Source: the human T2T-CHM13v2.0 reference genome, Homo sapiens
DNA length: 64,000 nt
Direction: 5' to 3' (one strand)
Assembly (NCBI RefSeq): GCF_009914755.1
Contig: NC_060933.1
Below are positions 1-16,189 of this stretch, in pieces (position 1 is the first letter of the stretch; each line of letters begins with the position of its first letter). The notes below the pieces were generated by a model. That model was given only the letters and a program-made list of their open reading frames with translations, was not told the DNA's origin and did not search any database. The position numbers were made by a program, and so were the translations under genes.

Positions 1-612
1 ATTTCTTTCTTTTCTCCTCTTACCTTGACAGAAATATAAGGCCTTTGGCCTCCATTTGGGGACCCCGAGAACTTGGTCCCATTTCTGACTCTGCCATTCA
101 GCCCAAGACATTGGATTTGCAATGTCCTTTCATCAAAGAAACATGCCTGGCCTTTCTCTATATCTGTCCTTTAGATAATGAGTCTCCCTTTCTGTGAAGG
201 CCTTTATCACATGTATTGATTCCTTCTCAGATGCCTCAAGGAAGATCTGAGGACCCCTTTCTTCTTTCCCTCTCAGGTGCCTTAGTGTCTGGTTGAGTAC
301 ACACTTCCCTCACTCTCTGCCCCCATGAATGACAGGGTAATTAAATAAATATCCCCAACCAAGGGACCTATGCTCCTCTATTTCCTCATTGCCTTTTGTT
401 TGCCTTGATCCATGCAGCCATCTCATTCACATCTGTGGGAAGTGGCAGACCTAAATCCGACTTATCACCCTTCCTTCCTCTGAAAATATTCAATCCCCAT
501 GCCCCCAGGCTGCTGTCTTTCCCCTGGGCTGGGTACTAGGAAGTATCACCCCTCCTGCTTCTCAAATAAGCTATGATTACATTAGATGGGGCCCTGCTTG
601 CTGGACGCATTT

Positions 613-1398
<786 letters not shown>

Positions 1399-2269
1399 CT
1401 GGCCAATTGTTTTGGCTGTAGTTTCAATACCAAGTTAATGTTTAGAGCTTTTGCATTGTGATTTCAGACTCTTTGATTAATATGGTGCTGCTGGGAATTC
1501 CACTGCTCCCTGTTAGTGCTGCCTATGGCAGTGGAAGCAGTTTCTCCAGGTTAGGCTACCAGGTGTCTGAGGTATGTGGTGAGGGGTGTGGTAGAATCCC
1601 CCAACCAATGTCCCCTGGCTACTCTGGGGTCATTGGGAAGAGAGTCTTAGGCCTGCAGGGACAAAGCAGCTTCTTAGGCCAGGCCACTTTCTCTACTAGG
1701 TCCCTCTTCCTGATTCTATTTTCCCACCTTTGTGCTTCCTGGTAGAAAAGGAAGCCTCAAGCTGTACTGGGAAGGAGAGCACCTCTCTTAGCATTTCTCC
1801 TAGCTGCTTCTCCTGGATGGTGGTGGGTGTCTCAAGCTAGTGGCTCCTGATTGATCCAAGGGAGGAAGGAGCTTACTTGAGGTATCTTCTGTTGCTAGAT
1901 TGGGGGATTAGGAAAAATAAGTCTGAAGGCCTTCTTCAGGACTTCAGGATACACAAGATGCCTTGCTGTTGTGCTGTTTCACCATTCCTTGCATATCAAA
2001 CTAACTCTTCTTCTGTTTACCTCCATCTCTTAGAGCTTTTTCATGTTAGTCACATGTGTCATTTTCAAAATATACAGTTGTGCATAACAAAAAGAGGCGG
2101 GAAAAACATGGATCTGTGCCATATTGTCTGAATCCGAAGTTCCTTGCATACTTTATACTAAATAAGCTTTATCTGTGAGCTATATTACTAGTATTTTCTT
2201 TGCCTATAATTGTTTCAGGTGTCACATTTAAGAGTTTGCTTGATTATGATATTTAAATATTACAGAATG

Positions 2270-2312
2270 TATTTGCAGAATATATTTGCAGAATAACAAT
2301 ATTCTGCAAATA
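2270..2312. repeat. 13-bp tandem duplication plus inverted copy
   Basis: TATTTGCAGAATA at 2270-2282 and 2283-2295; reverse complement TATTCTGCAAATA at 2300-2312. Confidence 0.9.
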
Positions 2313-2577
2313 ATGCCCTTGATATTAAAATTGAAAATCACTTTTCGTAATAGATCAAGGAAATTAGAACCTAATGATTTAATGGTGTACACAATTGCAG
2401 CATTAGTTTTCTATTCAAAGCAACATAAAATAAATGACAAATTGAAAGAAAAATAGGACTTTATTTACTCTATTCAAATATTAAAATAAATAATAATATG
2501 TCTATTGAAATGTCATAATCAGGATATCATTTATTCCAATTAATTGATTAAATATGTAATCAGTTAAATGTCATAGA

Positions 2578-2854
2578 TTTTATTTTTATTTTTATAGAGG
2601 GAAGATGTCATTCTGTCACCAGGCTGGAGTACAGTAGCTGGATCATAACTCACTATAACCTCAAAAAAGCCTCCCAACTATCTGGGATTACAGGTGTGAG
2701 CCACCACGATAGGCTAATTAAATTTTTTAATTTTCTATAGAGATGAGGCTCTCCCTGTTACCCAGGCTTGTCTTGAACTCCTGGGCTCAAGGGATCCTCC
2801 CACCTCAGCCTCCCAAAGTGATAGGATTACAGGTATAAGCCATCATGCCTGGCC
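2578..2854 (-). mobile_element. AluJ with internal deletion
   Basis: Diverged Alu with the J-type CTCCTGGGCTCAAG.GATCCTCCC motif; about 30 bp missing near 2665. Confidence 0.9.
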
Positions 2855-2949
2855 CTAGAATTTTTAAATTAATGGTGGTTGATACACATATTTACATTGT
2901 ATTTTAGCCAGATTTACTGAGGTATAATTTACTTATGCAAAATTTACTA

Positions 2950-3371
<422 letters not shown>

Positions 3372-3534
3372 TTAGATTATAAAATCCAGTTACCTTTTAG
3401 TATGCTCAAAATTGTGTCAAATAATATTAATTCTTGAGTTAATTATGCATTATAAATTATTGTCTCTTAATAAAATTTCACGTACACTTTCACTCTGTAA
3501 AGCTGGAATGCATGTGGAGTTGCTTCAATTTTTC

Positions 3535-3833
3535 TTTTTTGTTTGTTTGTTTGTTTGTTTGTTTGAGACAGAGTCTCGCTCTGTCGCCCAGGCTGGAGTG
3601 CAGCGGTGGGATCTCGGCTCACTGCAAGCTCCGCTTCCTGGGTTCACGCCATTCTCCTGCCTCAGCCTCCTGAGTAGCTGGGACTACAGGCGCCCACCAT
3701 CGCGCCCAGCTAATTTTTCGTACTTTTAGTAGAGACGGGGTTTCACCATGGTCTCGATCTCCTGACCTCGTGATCCACCCGCCTCAGCCTCCCAAAGTGC
3801 TGGGATTACAGGCGTGAGCCACCGCGCCCGGCC
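3535..3833 (-). mobile_element. AluY, Yd-lineage-like (12-bp left-arm deletion)
   Basis: TTTCACCATGGTCTCGATC lacks 12 bp of AluY TTTCACCGTGTTAGCCAGGATGGTCTCG; TSD TCAATTTTTC at 3525-3534 and 3834-3843; (TTTG)n tail. Confidence 0.9.
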
Positions 3834-6011
3834 TCAATTTTTCAATTGTATTTTCACTTTTCTCTTTTTATGCCTACCTAAATTTGTTCCCATAATTGAA
3901 TTTATCATTTAGGAGTGAACTTTTGTTTAGGAAAATGTAATCTTTTTCATCAGCATACTCAATATTTCAATTTTCCATTATAGATTATAAGAATAAATCT
4001 TTAGGTAATATAGGCAAACAAAATTTAATATATAGAATTAGTTTCTTACACGATTGGAGAGTTGGTGGAGCAGGTCTTGGGCTGATCTTCTAAATGATTG
4101 CTAGAACTCCTCCAGAAAAACGACAGAGCTGGGACTGTTGCTCCTTTTGCCATGACTGAGAAGCTGGAGAATCAGGATCTCCTGTGCAACCACTGGCACT
4201 AAAATTATGCTAACTTTGCTATTTGTTTTTTTCCCAGTTTCAAAGTTTATCTTATTAACTTAAAATTTAAACAAAATTGTTAGTCTAAACATCATTAAAT
4301 GTACTAATGGGAAACATATTTACATAGAGAATAATAAAATAATTTTTTGTAACTTGAGGCACATTGTCCATTTTACAAATGTACTTTTAGAAAAACTGCT
4401 TTGAGAAACAATAATTTTTTCTGTCATCCTTCATAAAAGCTAGACACACATTTCTAATGCAAATTTCTTTTTTTTTCTACTTTGATGTGGAAGCTGGGAA
4501 GCTCGAATGTTTGCATTTTAATTTAACAATACGAAGAAAAATTTCATCTGTTTCTCTCTACATTGTTGGCCTTAGACTTACTGTAGCAGCCTCCATTCAT
4601 ATCTCTTACAGGGGTACCTTATAGTTTCATATCAGGTCATTCCTGTTCCTCTTTCCTTTTGTGATGCACCTCTTCTTGCTAAAGATTTTGGTCACTATCT
4701 TTTGTTTTGTGTTTACTTATTTTAGCTTGTATATAAGTTCTGTTCTACACAACATTTCTGATTTACATGGCAGGAAATGTGTGAAACAGTTTGCCACCTT
4801 CCTGACTGATCTGGGCCTAAACTGTGCCCCTATACTTTGAATAAACAGTTGCATTCTCTAACACATATTTTATTTGATCCAAACAATACATTAGTCCAAC
4901 TACCAAACACACATCTTAGATCCTCTGTAGCTGTAACATTTTCAACAGTCATATTTATGGAATCCATCTCCCTCTGTTATGTTTTTATTGTTATCCAAAT
5001 AGAGGAGATAGATATAAATGAACTCACTCTGGTCAGCCAGGGACCACACAGTGGCTTAAGATATCTTAATCCAGGTATCTGCAGACTAACCCTAACCTAA
5101 CAGTGAGTTGCTACCTTTGTTTTTTTTTTTCTCTAAGCATTAAAATACTTCTGTCATAGCTGCTTGCTTCTTGATCATAGGATCTCAGCCATGGTTCATA
5201 TTTGAATAACACAGAATGTTGGCCACAGAACTAAGGACTGGACATTTGGTCATTTGTGACTGTTGTTACAGGAAAGTAAATGGTTTTGTTACACTGCTTG
5301 TCAGGAAAAAGAATAGGAAGGCACCTTCTATCTCAGGCTCTTTTCCTTAAAGAAGGTAGGTTTAATGTAAAACCTGAATTGTGAGTAAGCCTGGGGATAT
5401 CATTTTTAGCTGTTCCAAATTGAGCAAGTTCTTAGTCAAACTACCAGAGTTTTGGAATATACCTGAGTAAGCCAGTCTGAAATAGCCGATGGTCCAGCTT
5501 AAGACTATTCAATATCCATGCACCTGCCTTTTCTAAAGCTTAAACTTCAAAAGAGTAACAGTAACAAGTACATGATCCTGTCAAATATAATTCAAATATA
5601 TGTTGCACAAATTAAAATGCAGTGGTCCTATCCAAAATAGGTATCCATGATATTCACTCCTCTTCGGATTCAGTCTCAACTATGTCTTAATATCCTGAAA
5701 TAAGATAATAAATTATGAAGTTATTCAAACCAGCCTACCCTAAAAATGATGGGAAAAATGGAAGATAAAATAAGACAAACAATTATATACATGACAATGC
5801 AGAAGAGAAGAAAACCCAAGAATGTATTACACACTTAATTTTATAACTGATCATGGAACTGTGGATGGTATTTGTACCATTCTTTTTATATTATTCATTC
5901 CACACTTCTCTATAGTATCCTAAATTATCCAAGTTTCCACAGCAAGAGCCCACTCTTCATGAACAGTGCCCTTAGTTGTCTTGTCAAATTGGAGTTGTTT
6001 TAATCTTCCAT

Positions 6012-6738
6012 TAATGTTTACCACTTGACAGAAAATCCAAAAGGCATCTGAGGAGTCCAACTCCAGGCAGAAACCCTATGTGTAACCTTTCAGGCCTAAC
6101 CATAGGCCATGACAATGGCTTTACCTGGCAGGCCTCACTAGAGAAAGATACTCTCCCTATACCAGAATTGGCAAACAGCCAGTGCATTACAATATCTAAT
6201 GGGAGCTGCAGTCTAGGACTCATTCCCTGCTAGCCAACCATCCTCCTGTGCATGTCTGCCATTCAAGTCTCAGGCACCCCCATCTGAGCTATCCTTATTA
6301 GGGACCCTCAATAGAAAACCTTTGCAGAGAACTCCTTATGATAGGGAGAGAGGGATAAGGGAGAGGAGAAAGGGGAAACATTGAAATCATTATTCTCTAT
6401 TCTGAATCAGAACTCAGTATTTTCCCATTCTTAGCCCTTCCTCCTCTTTCTGTCCCAAGGACCCAGGTCCATAAGATGAAAGGAGCTTTTTGTTCATGGC
6501 TCCTTGGTCAAAAGATCCTTGCTGAGAAAATTCGCACATCTGCATTTGTGCTGATCTACATGACCTTGGCCTGGAGCTGTTTCATGGGACAAAATGGAAC
6601 ATTGGAGGAGCTAGTGATCTTTCCTCTTTAGTTTCTTGCTTAAACTATCTCAGTTAGTAAAGATTTGACTGTTACTGTCATTTTGGCTTATTGTTTTAAT
6701 TAGCTATTTCAACTCCATGGCAGCTTAGCTCTTGACAG
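6012..6738 (+). mobile_element. Possible ancient LTR remnant, family unresolved
   Basis: GC-richer island with LTR-like layout ending ...CTCTTGACA; no consensus confidently recognised. Confidence 0.3.
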
Positions 6739-6819
6739 CATTCTGGAAAGTACATAGGATTCTAGACATTTTTACTGCTTTTGTTATATGAATTACATGT
6801 CTTCATAATAAGGAATTAA

Positions 6820-7119
<300 letters not shown>

Positions 7120-7195
7120 TAATAAGGATTTAATATCCAAACCATTCTTGTAACATATTTAATATTGCCATTCAGTGGTAAATAAAAATAATATA

Positions 7196-9525
<2,330 letters not shown>

Positions 9526-9989
9526 TACTTATAAGTGAATCCACTGTCATTACTATAGTTCAGGTCACCTTAAGTTTCTTCTTGGACTTGCCAATGAACT
9601 GTGGAATTAAGAAGCTCTCTGCCTACAGTCTTGTTTATCTATTGTAATCTGTTTCTTGTAGTCCCTATTTTAGATCTCATTAATGTCTTGTCACTTCCAT
9701 TAGAGTAAATTATAAACACTTTGGATGGCCTGAAGACATTTGTAATTTATCCTAAACTCATCTCTACTCTCATCGCTTGACATCTCCCTCTTCTACCCAC
9801 ACATATATATTTAAGCCCACGTAATTACTGCAATTACCCCAAATTCTGTACTTCTCACCAGTGTCTTGCAAAACCCACTCCATCTAACTAATAAGACTTT
9901 TCATTTAACTCTCCAGTTGTAGTTGATATTCTAGTTTCAAACTCTATTTTCTCTGTGAAGGCTGTACTGATATCACAATTTTGTTTCTT

Positions 9990-10310
9990 CAGTGTGAGCA
10001 TTGGCAGCCTGTGGCCTATGGTTTTGGTACAGCCTGCAAGGTAATAATGGTTTTTAGAGATTTAAATGATTGAAACAATTTTTTAAAATAACATTTTGTA
10101 GCATATAACGATTGCAGAAAGTAAAAACTGCAGTGTTTTCATAAATAACAAGGTTTTTTTTTGGACACAAGATCATTCACTTACATGTGGTCTATAGATG
10201 TTTTCAGGCTATTATGTCAGAGTTGAGTGGTTGCAACAGAAACTGCATGATTGTCAAAGCCTAACATACTTAAAATCTGACCCTTTGTAGAAAAAGCTAA
10301 CATTTGATCT
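9990..10310 (+). mobile_element. MER58B-like hAT-Charlie MITE
   Basis: Motifs GTACAGCCTGCAAGGTAATAATGGTTTTT, CAGAGTTGAGTGGTTGCAACAGA and ATCTGACCCTTTGTAGAAAAAG. Confidence 0.75.
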
Positions 10311-11103
10311 AAAGTTTTCTGTAAAGATACATCTACATTATGTTTATCGTAATTTATATTTATCTGCCTACTGGTTGCAGTTTTGAAAAACTATAATCTT
10401 CCAGAAAATGGAAACTATAATATTTTTAATTAGACCTCAAGCAAAATTATTTTAAAATGTGGTCTCAATTTTTAAGAAAGTGGGGAAGTATGCTTTTTTT
10501 TCTTTTGTTAAACTTCTTTGCTTCCAGTCCAAGAAGTGACTGTCATTTATTTTTATCTTATTGCTTCCTTTCTCATATTAGCTTGATAAAAAGTAATGAA
10601 ATAATATTCAGGTTTCTTAGTAGAGTCATGTTGTAAACATAAACTTTTTTTTTCTAGCCACTCTCAAAAAATGGAAAGCATCTGCTTTATGAGTCACCTA
10701 ATTAATGACATTGAATTATCTAGTAAGTGGACTCTTCAGGTTAATTAAATATCTTCATTAACTTTTTCACTGCTTTTAAAAATAACATTTACACATTTAT
10801 GCTAATAGGTTCATCATGTGTCCTTAATCAGTTATTTAGCTTTGGTGCAGAGTTAATAATTCCAATATTTGTTCAAACTGAAGAAAATCCAGGACTCAAA
10901 AAAGAAAGGATATTTTATTCAGGTTTTGAGAAAATCATAAGTAAAACCCCCAACTTATTTATCAATAATTGTATGTTACATACATTTCCATATTTACAAT
11001 TTTGATAAAATAGTTAAAATTAATATTTATCTTTAATAATTTAAATATTAATTAGTTATGTATTTATTGGCTCATATTATTTACATTATATATATATTTA
11101 TAT

Positions 11104-12213
11104 AATTTGCAGTCTGACAATGCAATAGAAAAAAAACCAAAACATTTTCTGAGAAGAAATTCAAGCCAGCTGCAGAAATGTGCATAAGTAACAAGAAGCC
11201 AAATCCTAATCATGAAGACAATGGGAAAAATGTCTCTAGGCCATGTCCTAGGTCTTCACAGCAGCCCCTCCCATCACAGACCCAGAGGCCTAGGGGGAAA
11301 AAATGTTTTCTGGGGACAGGCCCAGGGCCCCTCTCTGTGTGCAGTCTAGGGACTTGGTGCCCTACATCCCAGCCACTCCAGCTGTGACTAAAAGGGACCA
11401 AGGTACAGCTTGGGCCAGGTTGTCAGAGGTCGCAAGCCCCAAACCTTGGCAGCGTCCATGTGGAGTTGAGCCTGCATGTGCACAGAAGTCAAGAAGCAAG
11501 GCTTGGGAGCCTCAGCCTAGATTTCAGAGGATGTATGGAAATGCCTGGATGTCCAGGAAGAAGTTTGCTGTGGGGGAGGGGGGGTGATCATGGAGAGCCT
11601 CTGCTAAGGAAGTGGGGAAGGGAAATGTGGGGTTGGAGCCCCACACAGAGTCCCCACTGAGGCGCTGCCTGTGCGAGAAGAGGACCACCATCTTCCAGAC
11701 CCCAGAATGGTAAATCCACTCACAGCTTGCATATGCACCTAAAAAAACCTCAGATGCTCAACACCAGCCTGTGAAAGCAGCTAGGTGGAAACCGTACCTT
11801 TCAAAGCCACAGGGGCAGAGCTGCCCAAGTCCATGGGAGCCCACATCTTGCATCAGCATGACCTGGATGTTAGACATGGAGTCAAAGGAGATCATTTTGA
11901 AGCGTTAAGATTCAACTGCCTTGCTGGAGTTTGGACTTGCATGCGGCCTGTAACCCCTTTATTTTGGCCAATTTGTCCTGTTTGGAATGGGTATAGTTAC
12001 CGAATGCCTGTACCCCCATAGTATCAAGAAAGTAACTAACTTTCTTTTGATTTTACAGGCTTATAGGTAGAAGGGACTTGTCTTGTCTCAGATGAGACTT
12101 TGGACTGTGGACTTCTGAGTTAATGCTGAAATGAGTTAAGACTTGAGGAACTGTTGGGAAGGTATGATTGGTTTTGAAACTTGAGGACACATTTAGAGGG
12201 GACACAGGCAAAA
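11104..12213 (+). mobile_element. THE1 internal sequence, 5'-truncated
   Basis: Typical THE1-int (GAAATTCAAGCCAGCTGCAGAAAT...; CATCAGCATGACCTGGATGT...) leading into a THE1 LTR. Confidence 0.9.
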
Positions 12214-12578
12214 TAATATGGTTTGGCTCTGTGTCCCCACCCAAATCTCATCTTGAATTGTAGTTCCCATAATTGCCATGTGTTATGGAAGGACCTAGTG
12301 GGAGATAATTGAATCATGGAGGCAGTTTCCCCTATACTGTCCTTGTGGTAGTCAGTAAGTCTCACACGACCTGATGGTTTTATAAGGGGTTTCTGCTTTT
12401 GCTTGGTCCCCATTCTCTCTCTTGCCTGTTGCCATGTAAGACATGACTTCTGCCTTCCACTATGATTGTGAGGTCTCCCCAGTCATGTGGAACTGTGAGT
12501 TCATTAAACCTCTTTTTCTTTATAATTTACCCAATCTCAGGTATGTCTTTATCAGCAGTGTGAAAACAGACTAATACA
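12214..12578 (+). mobile_element. THE1 3' LTR (C/D-like)
   Basis: TAATATGGTTTGGCTCTGTGTCCCCACCCAAATCTCATC...GAAAACAGACTAATACA, 365 bp. Confidence 0.93.
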
Positions 12579-13518
12579 CTGTCTTTAACATTTTTTCTAT
12601 TGTTTTGACCTTGGAAACTGATGATTATTTGTCTTCAAGATGATCTTTTTGTGGAGTATCTTACTGAAGTTCTCTGTATTTCTTGAATTTGAATGTTGAC
12701 CTCTCTATCTAGGTTAGGGAAGTTCTCATGGATGATATTTTGATCCATGAGATCAAAAATATCAAAAGTCAACTTTTGCTAAGTTGACTCCATTTTCTCT
12801 ATCCTTTTTAGGTACACCAGTTGTAGATTCAGTCTCTACATAATCCCATATTTCTCAGAGGTTTTGTTCATTCTTTTTCATTCTTTTTTTCTATTCTTAT
12901 CTGCCTATCTTATTTCAGAAAGCCATTCTTTAAGCTCTTAGATTGTTTCCTCCACGTGGTCTATTCTGCTGTTAATACTTACGATTGCATTGTGAAATTC
13001 TTGTGGTGTTTTTCAGCTCTATCAGGTTGGTTATGTTCTCTATACTGGCATTTTGTCTGCCAGGTCATGCAATGTTTTATTGTGATTTTTAGCTCTGTTG
13101 TATTGGCTTACAACATACTCCTATAGCTCAATGAATTTGATTACTGTTTATATTCTGAATGCTATTTCTGCCATTGCAGCCTCAGCCCTGTTCTGAACCC
13201 TGGCTGGAGAGGTGATGCAGTTATGTGGAGGTAGGAAGTTACTCTGGCTTTTTGAGTTTTCAGTATTCTTGCACTGATTCTTTCTCATCTTTGTGCACTT
13301 ATCTAACTTCAGTCTTTGAGATTGCTTACCTTTGGACGGTATTTTGTTTTCTTTCATCCTATTTGATGATGTCGAAGATTTGTTTGTGTTATAAGGTAGA
13401 TTCAGCTGACTGGCTTCATTTCTGGGAGATTTTATGGCACCAACACTCAGCTCCCAACTTCTGGACTGTGTGCTCTAACTCTGGGGGACTTGTATTAGGC
13501 CCCAGCTTTGTTCTCTTG

Positions 13519-14633
13519 TGTTGGGTCCATCCCGCACACTCTGGCTGAGCGACCAATGAAAAAAGTATTCAGACACAGTTATTTTGCCTGAGAATGCAGC
13601 TAGGGGACTGCACTGCTTAGCATCACCAATGAGAGTACAGTCCCACTAAGCCAGAGAACTTTGTATTAATTTAGTACAGATTTGAAGACAAAGGCCTGGA
13701 GCAAACATAATTTGTGGGAAATTAACATTGTTGACCCCTAAGTAGAGAGCAGTCTTGCACATGAATGATCAAAGGTTGGTTTCCTGAGACATAAGTAAAC
13801 CAATTTTTCTAGATATGTTTCTTTACATTCCCTTGTTATCTAACATTTGCCCTTAAGAGAATTTAGCTGCCTTCAGCTAAATTATTCTCCAAAGTTTTTG
13901 GCCTTCCAAGAAGGTTTGCATTTTTCCCTATAACTTTTCTTACATCTTCTCCCATCACCCTTGAGGCTGGAAATTAAAGAAAGAAAAGTAAAATTAAAAA
14001 GAGAAAGAAACAATCTTTCTGTATTAGGCTGACTCATCCCAAAGGCAGTAACAGGCAAAGCCCAGACCCAGACAAAGTCTCGATAGCATTATCTAAGAAG
14101 CTGGGGCTCAAAGAATGTGCTCTGGAGAGTCTCCCAGGGCTCCCTCAACATAGGGAGAAGAAAAACAAATTTTCCTTTCTCTTTTGATTCTGTTATTCAT
14201 CTAAGCAGCACAGTGAAGATCATGAGACACCTGAGCAGGCCTGGATTGCAGTCCCCTAGATGCCATAGCAAATGTTATGAGATAAGCCCATGCAAAGCAC
14301 TGGAACAAGCCTAGATAACAGCTATCTGGGCTGCATAGCAAGAGTCATATGTAAGCCTGAGTTGTGAACTTGTCGTAGTATGATTGACTGCCTTTGTTCT
14401 TCTTCTGTATCCTTGCTTTTGAATCATTATACTTTGCACCACTGTAAGCTTGTTTCAAGTTAGACCACCCCCTTTTAGAAGTGTGCGTAAAAGGCAAGTG
14501 CTGTCTTTGTTCAGGGTCCAGTCTTTGGATATTAATCTGCTGGTTCTGAGTGCACTCAATAAAAATCCTTCTGTTTCACCTACCAATCTCTCCAGTCTCC
14601 TGATTCCCACAACAACCTGATCGATCTCTTACA
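13519..14633 (-). mobile_element. LTR22-like solo LTR (HERV-K HML-5)
   Basis: Removing the nested LTR restores the minus-strand start TGTAAGAGATCGATCAGGGTGATGGG; left end GGGTCCATCCCGCA...CAGACACAG; candidate TSD TTGTG/CTGTG. Confidence 0.7.
13962..14614 (+). mobile_element. ERV1-class solo LTR (LTR15-like) nested in LTR22
   Basis: TGAGGCTGGAAATTAAAG...AATAAA (14558)...CCCACAACA, 653 bp; 4-bp flanks CCCT/ACCT. Confidence 0.65.
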
Positions 14634-16189
14634 CTGTGGCTCCTCGAGATTTGGAGTCCACTGTGCTGGGGATAGCAAACTGCAGTACCTGCAGCAAAGT
14701 ACTAGTGGATATAGGGGTGTCTGCCTCTCTGCAGGTGTTCTCCACAGTATTGGAGGCAAGGCAGCTGTTGGGGGAGCAAGGGCCTTCTGCTGGAGACAGA
14801 GTGCACTGCTGCACTGTAGGTGGTGATGGCTTGGGGTGGGGTGCTGGCCAGTGGAGGTCTTGGCGCCTTATCTGTGGTCTGCAAGCAGGAGCAATTGCTC
14901 AGGTTGTGGGGGGATCCCCTGCTCTGTGTGCAGCACAGCACAAGGGCAGGGCACTGGTGTAGATGGGGCTTGATGACTCTGTGCCCAGCAAGGATCCATC
15001 TGCAGTGGTGGTTGGTGGGGATTATGGGGGGCACACTGCATTCCCATGTGCTGTTGAAGCAAGTAAAGCCCACCCATGCAGATATATGCCAGCAAAGTGA
15101 TGTGGGGAGTTGCTGTCTCATATCATTTTTAATAAATCTTCTGATATTGTCTCAAATCTTGGAAACCTATGTCAGCTCAAAAAGACATCCTTGTATAAAA
15201 CTGAAATGCTTCTACCTTTAAAATGTATATGTGATAGATTATTTATTCATAGTAGCTGAATTTAATGCAATTAATGTTGTAATGAATACAGGACATATTA
15301 ATATGCTAAGAGTAGACTACTTAAATGTTTGCATTTTCAGTAACTCAAATATAAGCATGTCTATACATGAACTAAAACAGAATTTTGCCCAAATCACTCA
15401 AAAAATTAGTTAAATTAAATATGTTTAAAATATACTTAAATACTTTGTATATAATAGATTGTCAAGTAATTAAAATAATTTACATGTTTTATTTAGGTGT
15501 CCTCAACTTTAAAAATATATATCTACATATAATTTACATTATATTACTGACCACATGGCTAAATATGATAGTTTTGCAGAAATCAATTCATATTAATTAT
15601 GAAAGACCTACTTTTGGTAAAAATATTTCTCAAGTTTGATATCAATTCTGACTCTATTATTGACATTGATGTTAAATGTAAACCTCTGTTTTTGTCTAAA
15701 ATTTGATGCTACAAAATATTTCTGTTGTCCATATTCTTCCAGGGACAGAATATCATGAATTAGCATTTTTTTTTACTTATATATCACAATATCACATACT
15801 CAGAAAGCTGTTTTGATAAAATACAACTTTATCAGTCATTGCCCAATACTGCAATTATATGTCACAAATGTATCTGTATAACGAAACGTAACATATGCAA
15901 ATTTTTTTTGCTGATTATAATTAATGAATCAACCAAATGAGAAAAAAACTCTCAATTCGATATTGACTTAAATTTTCCAATTTACTAAAAGTGTTGGTAA
16001 TATTTGTTTTAAATATTTAAATGTTTGAATCATATGAATATGTGAAATGAATAAATATTAACGGTATCTTTTACAAGCAGACACTTCAACATTTTGGAGA
16101 GGTAAGTGCAAACATATTTTTTGTGTGTTCATTCACGTATAAACAATCTGTGATTAACTTTGATCATACTCCTAAAAAGACTAGGATTT

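Larger units (their letters stand above)
12579..15118 (-). mobile_element. Old primate L1 (L1PA13-16/L1PB-like): ORF1 N-terminal part and 5' UTR, interrupted by nested LTRs
   Basis: Minus-strand ORF remnant KMRKNQCKNTENSKSQ (ORF1 start); GC-rich 5' UTR to about 15118; similar to the L1 5' region at 22700-23100. Confidence 0.8.
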
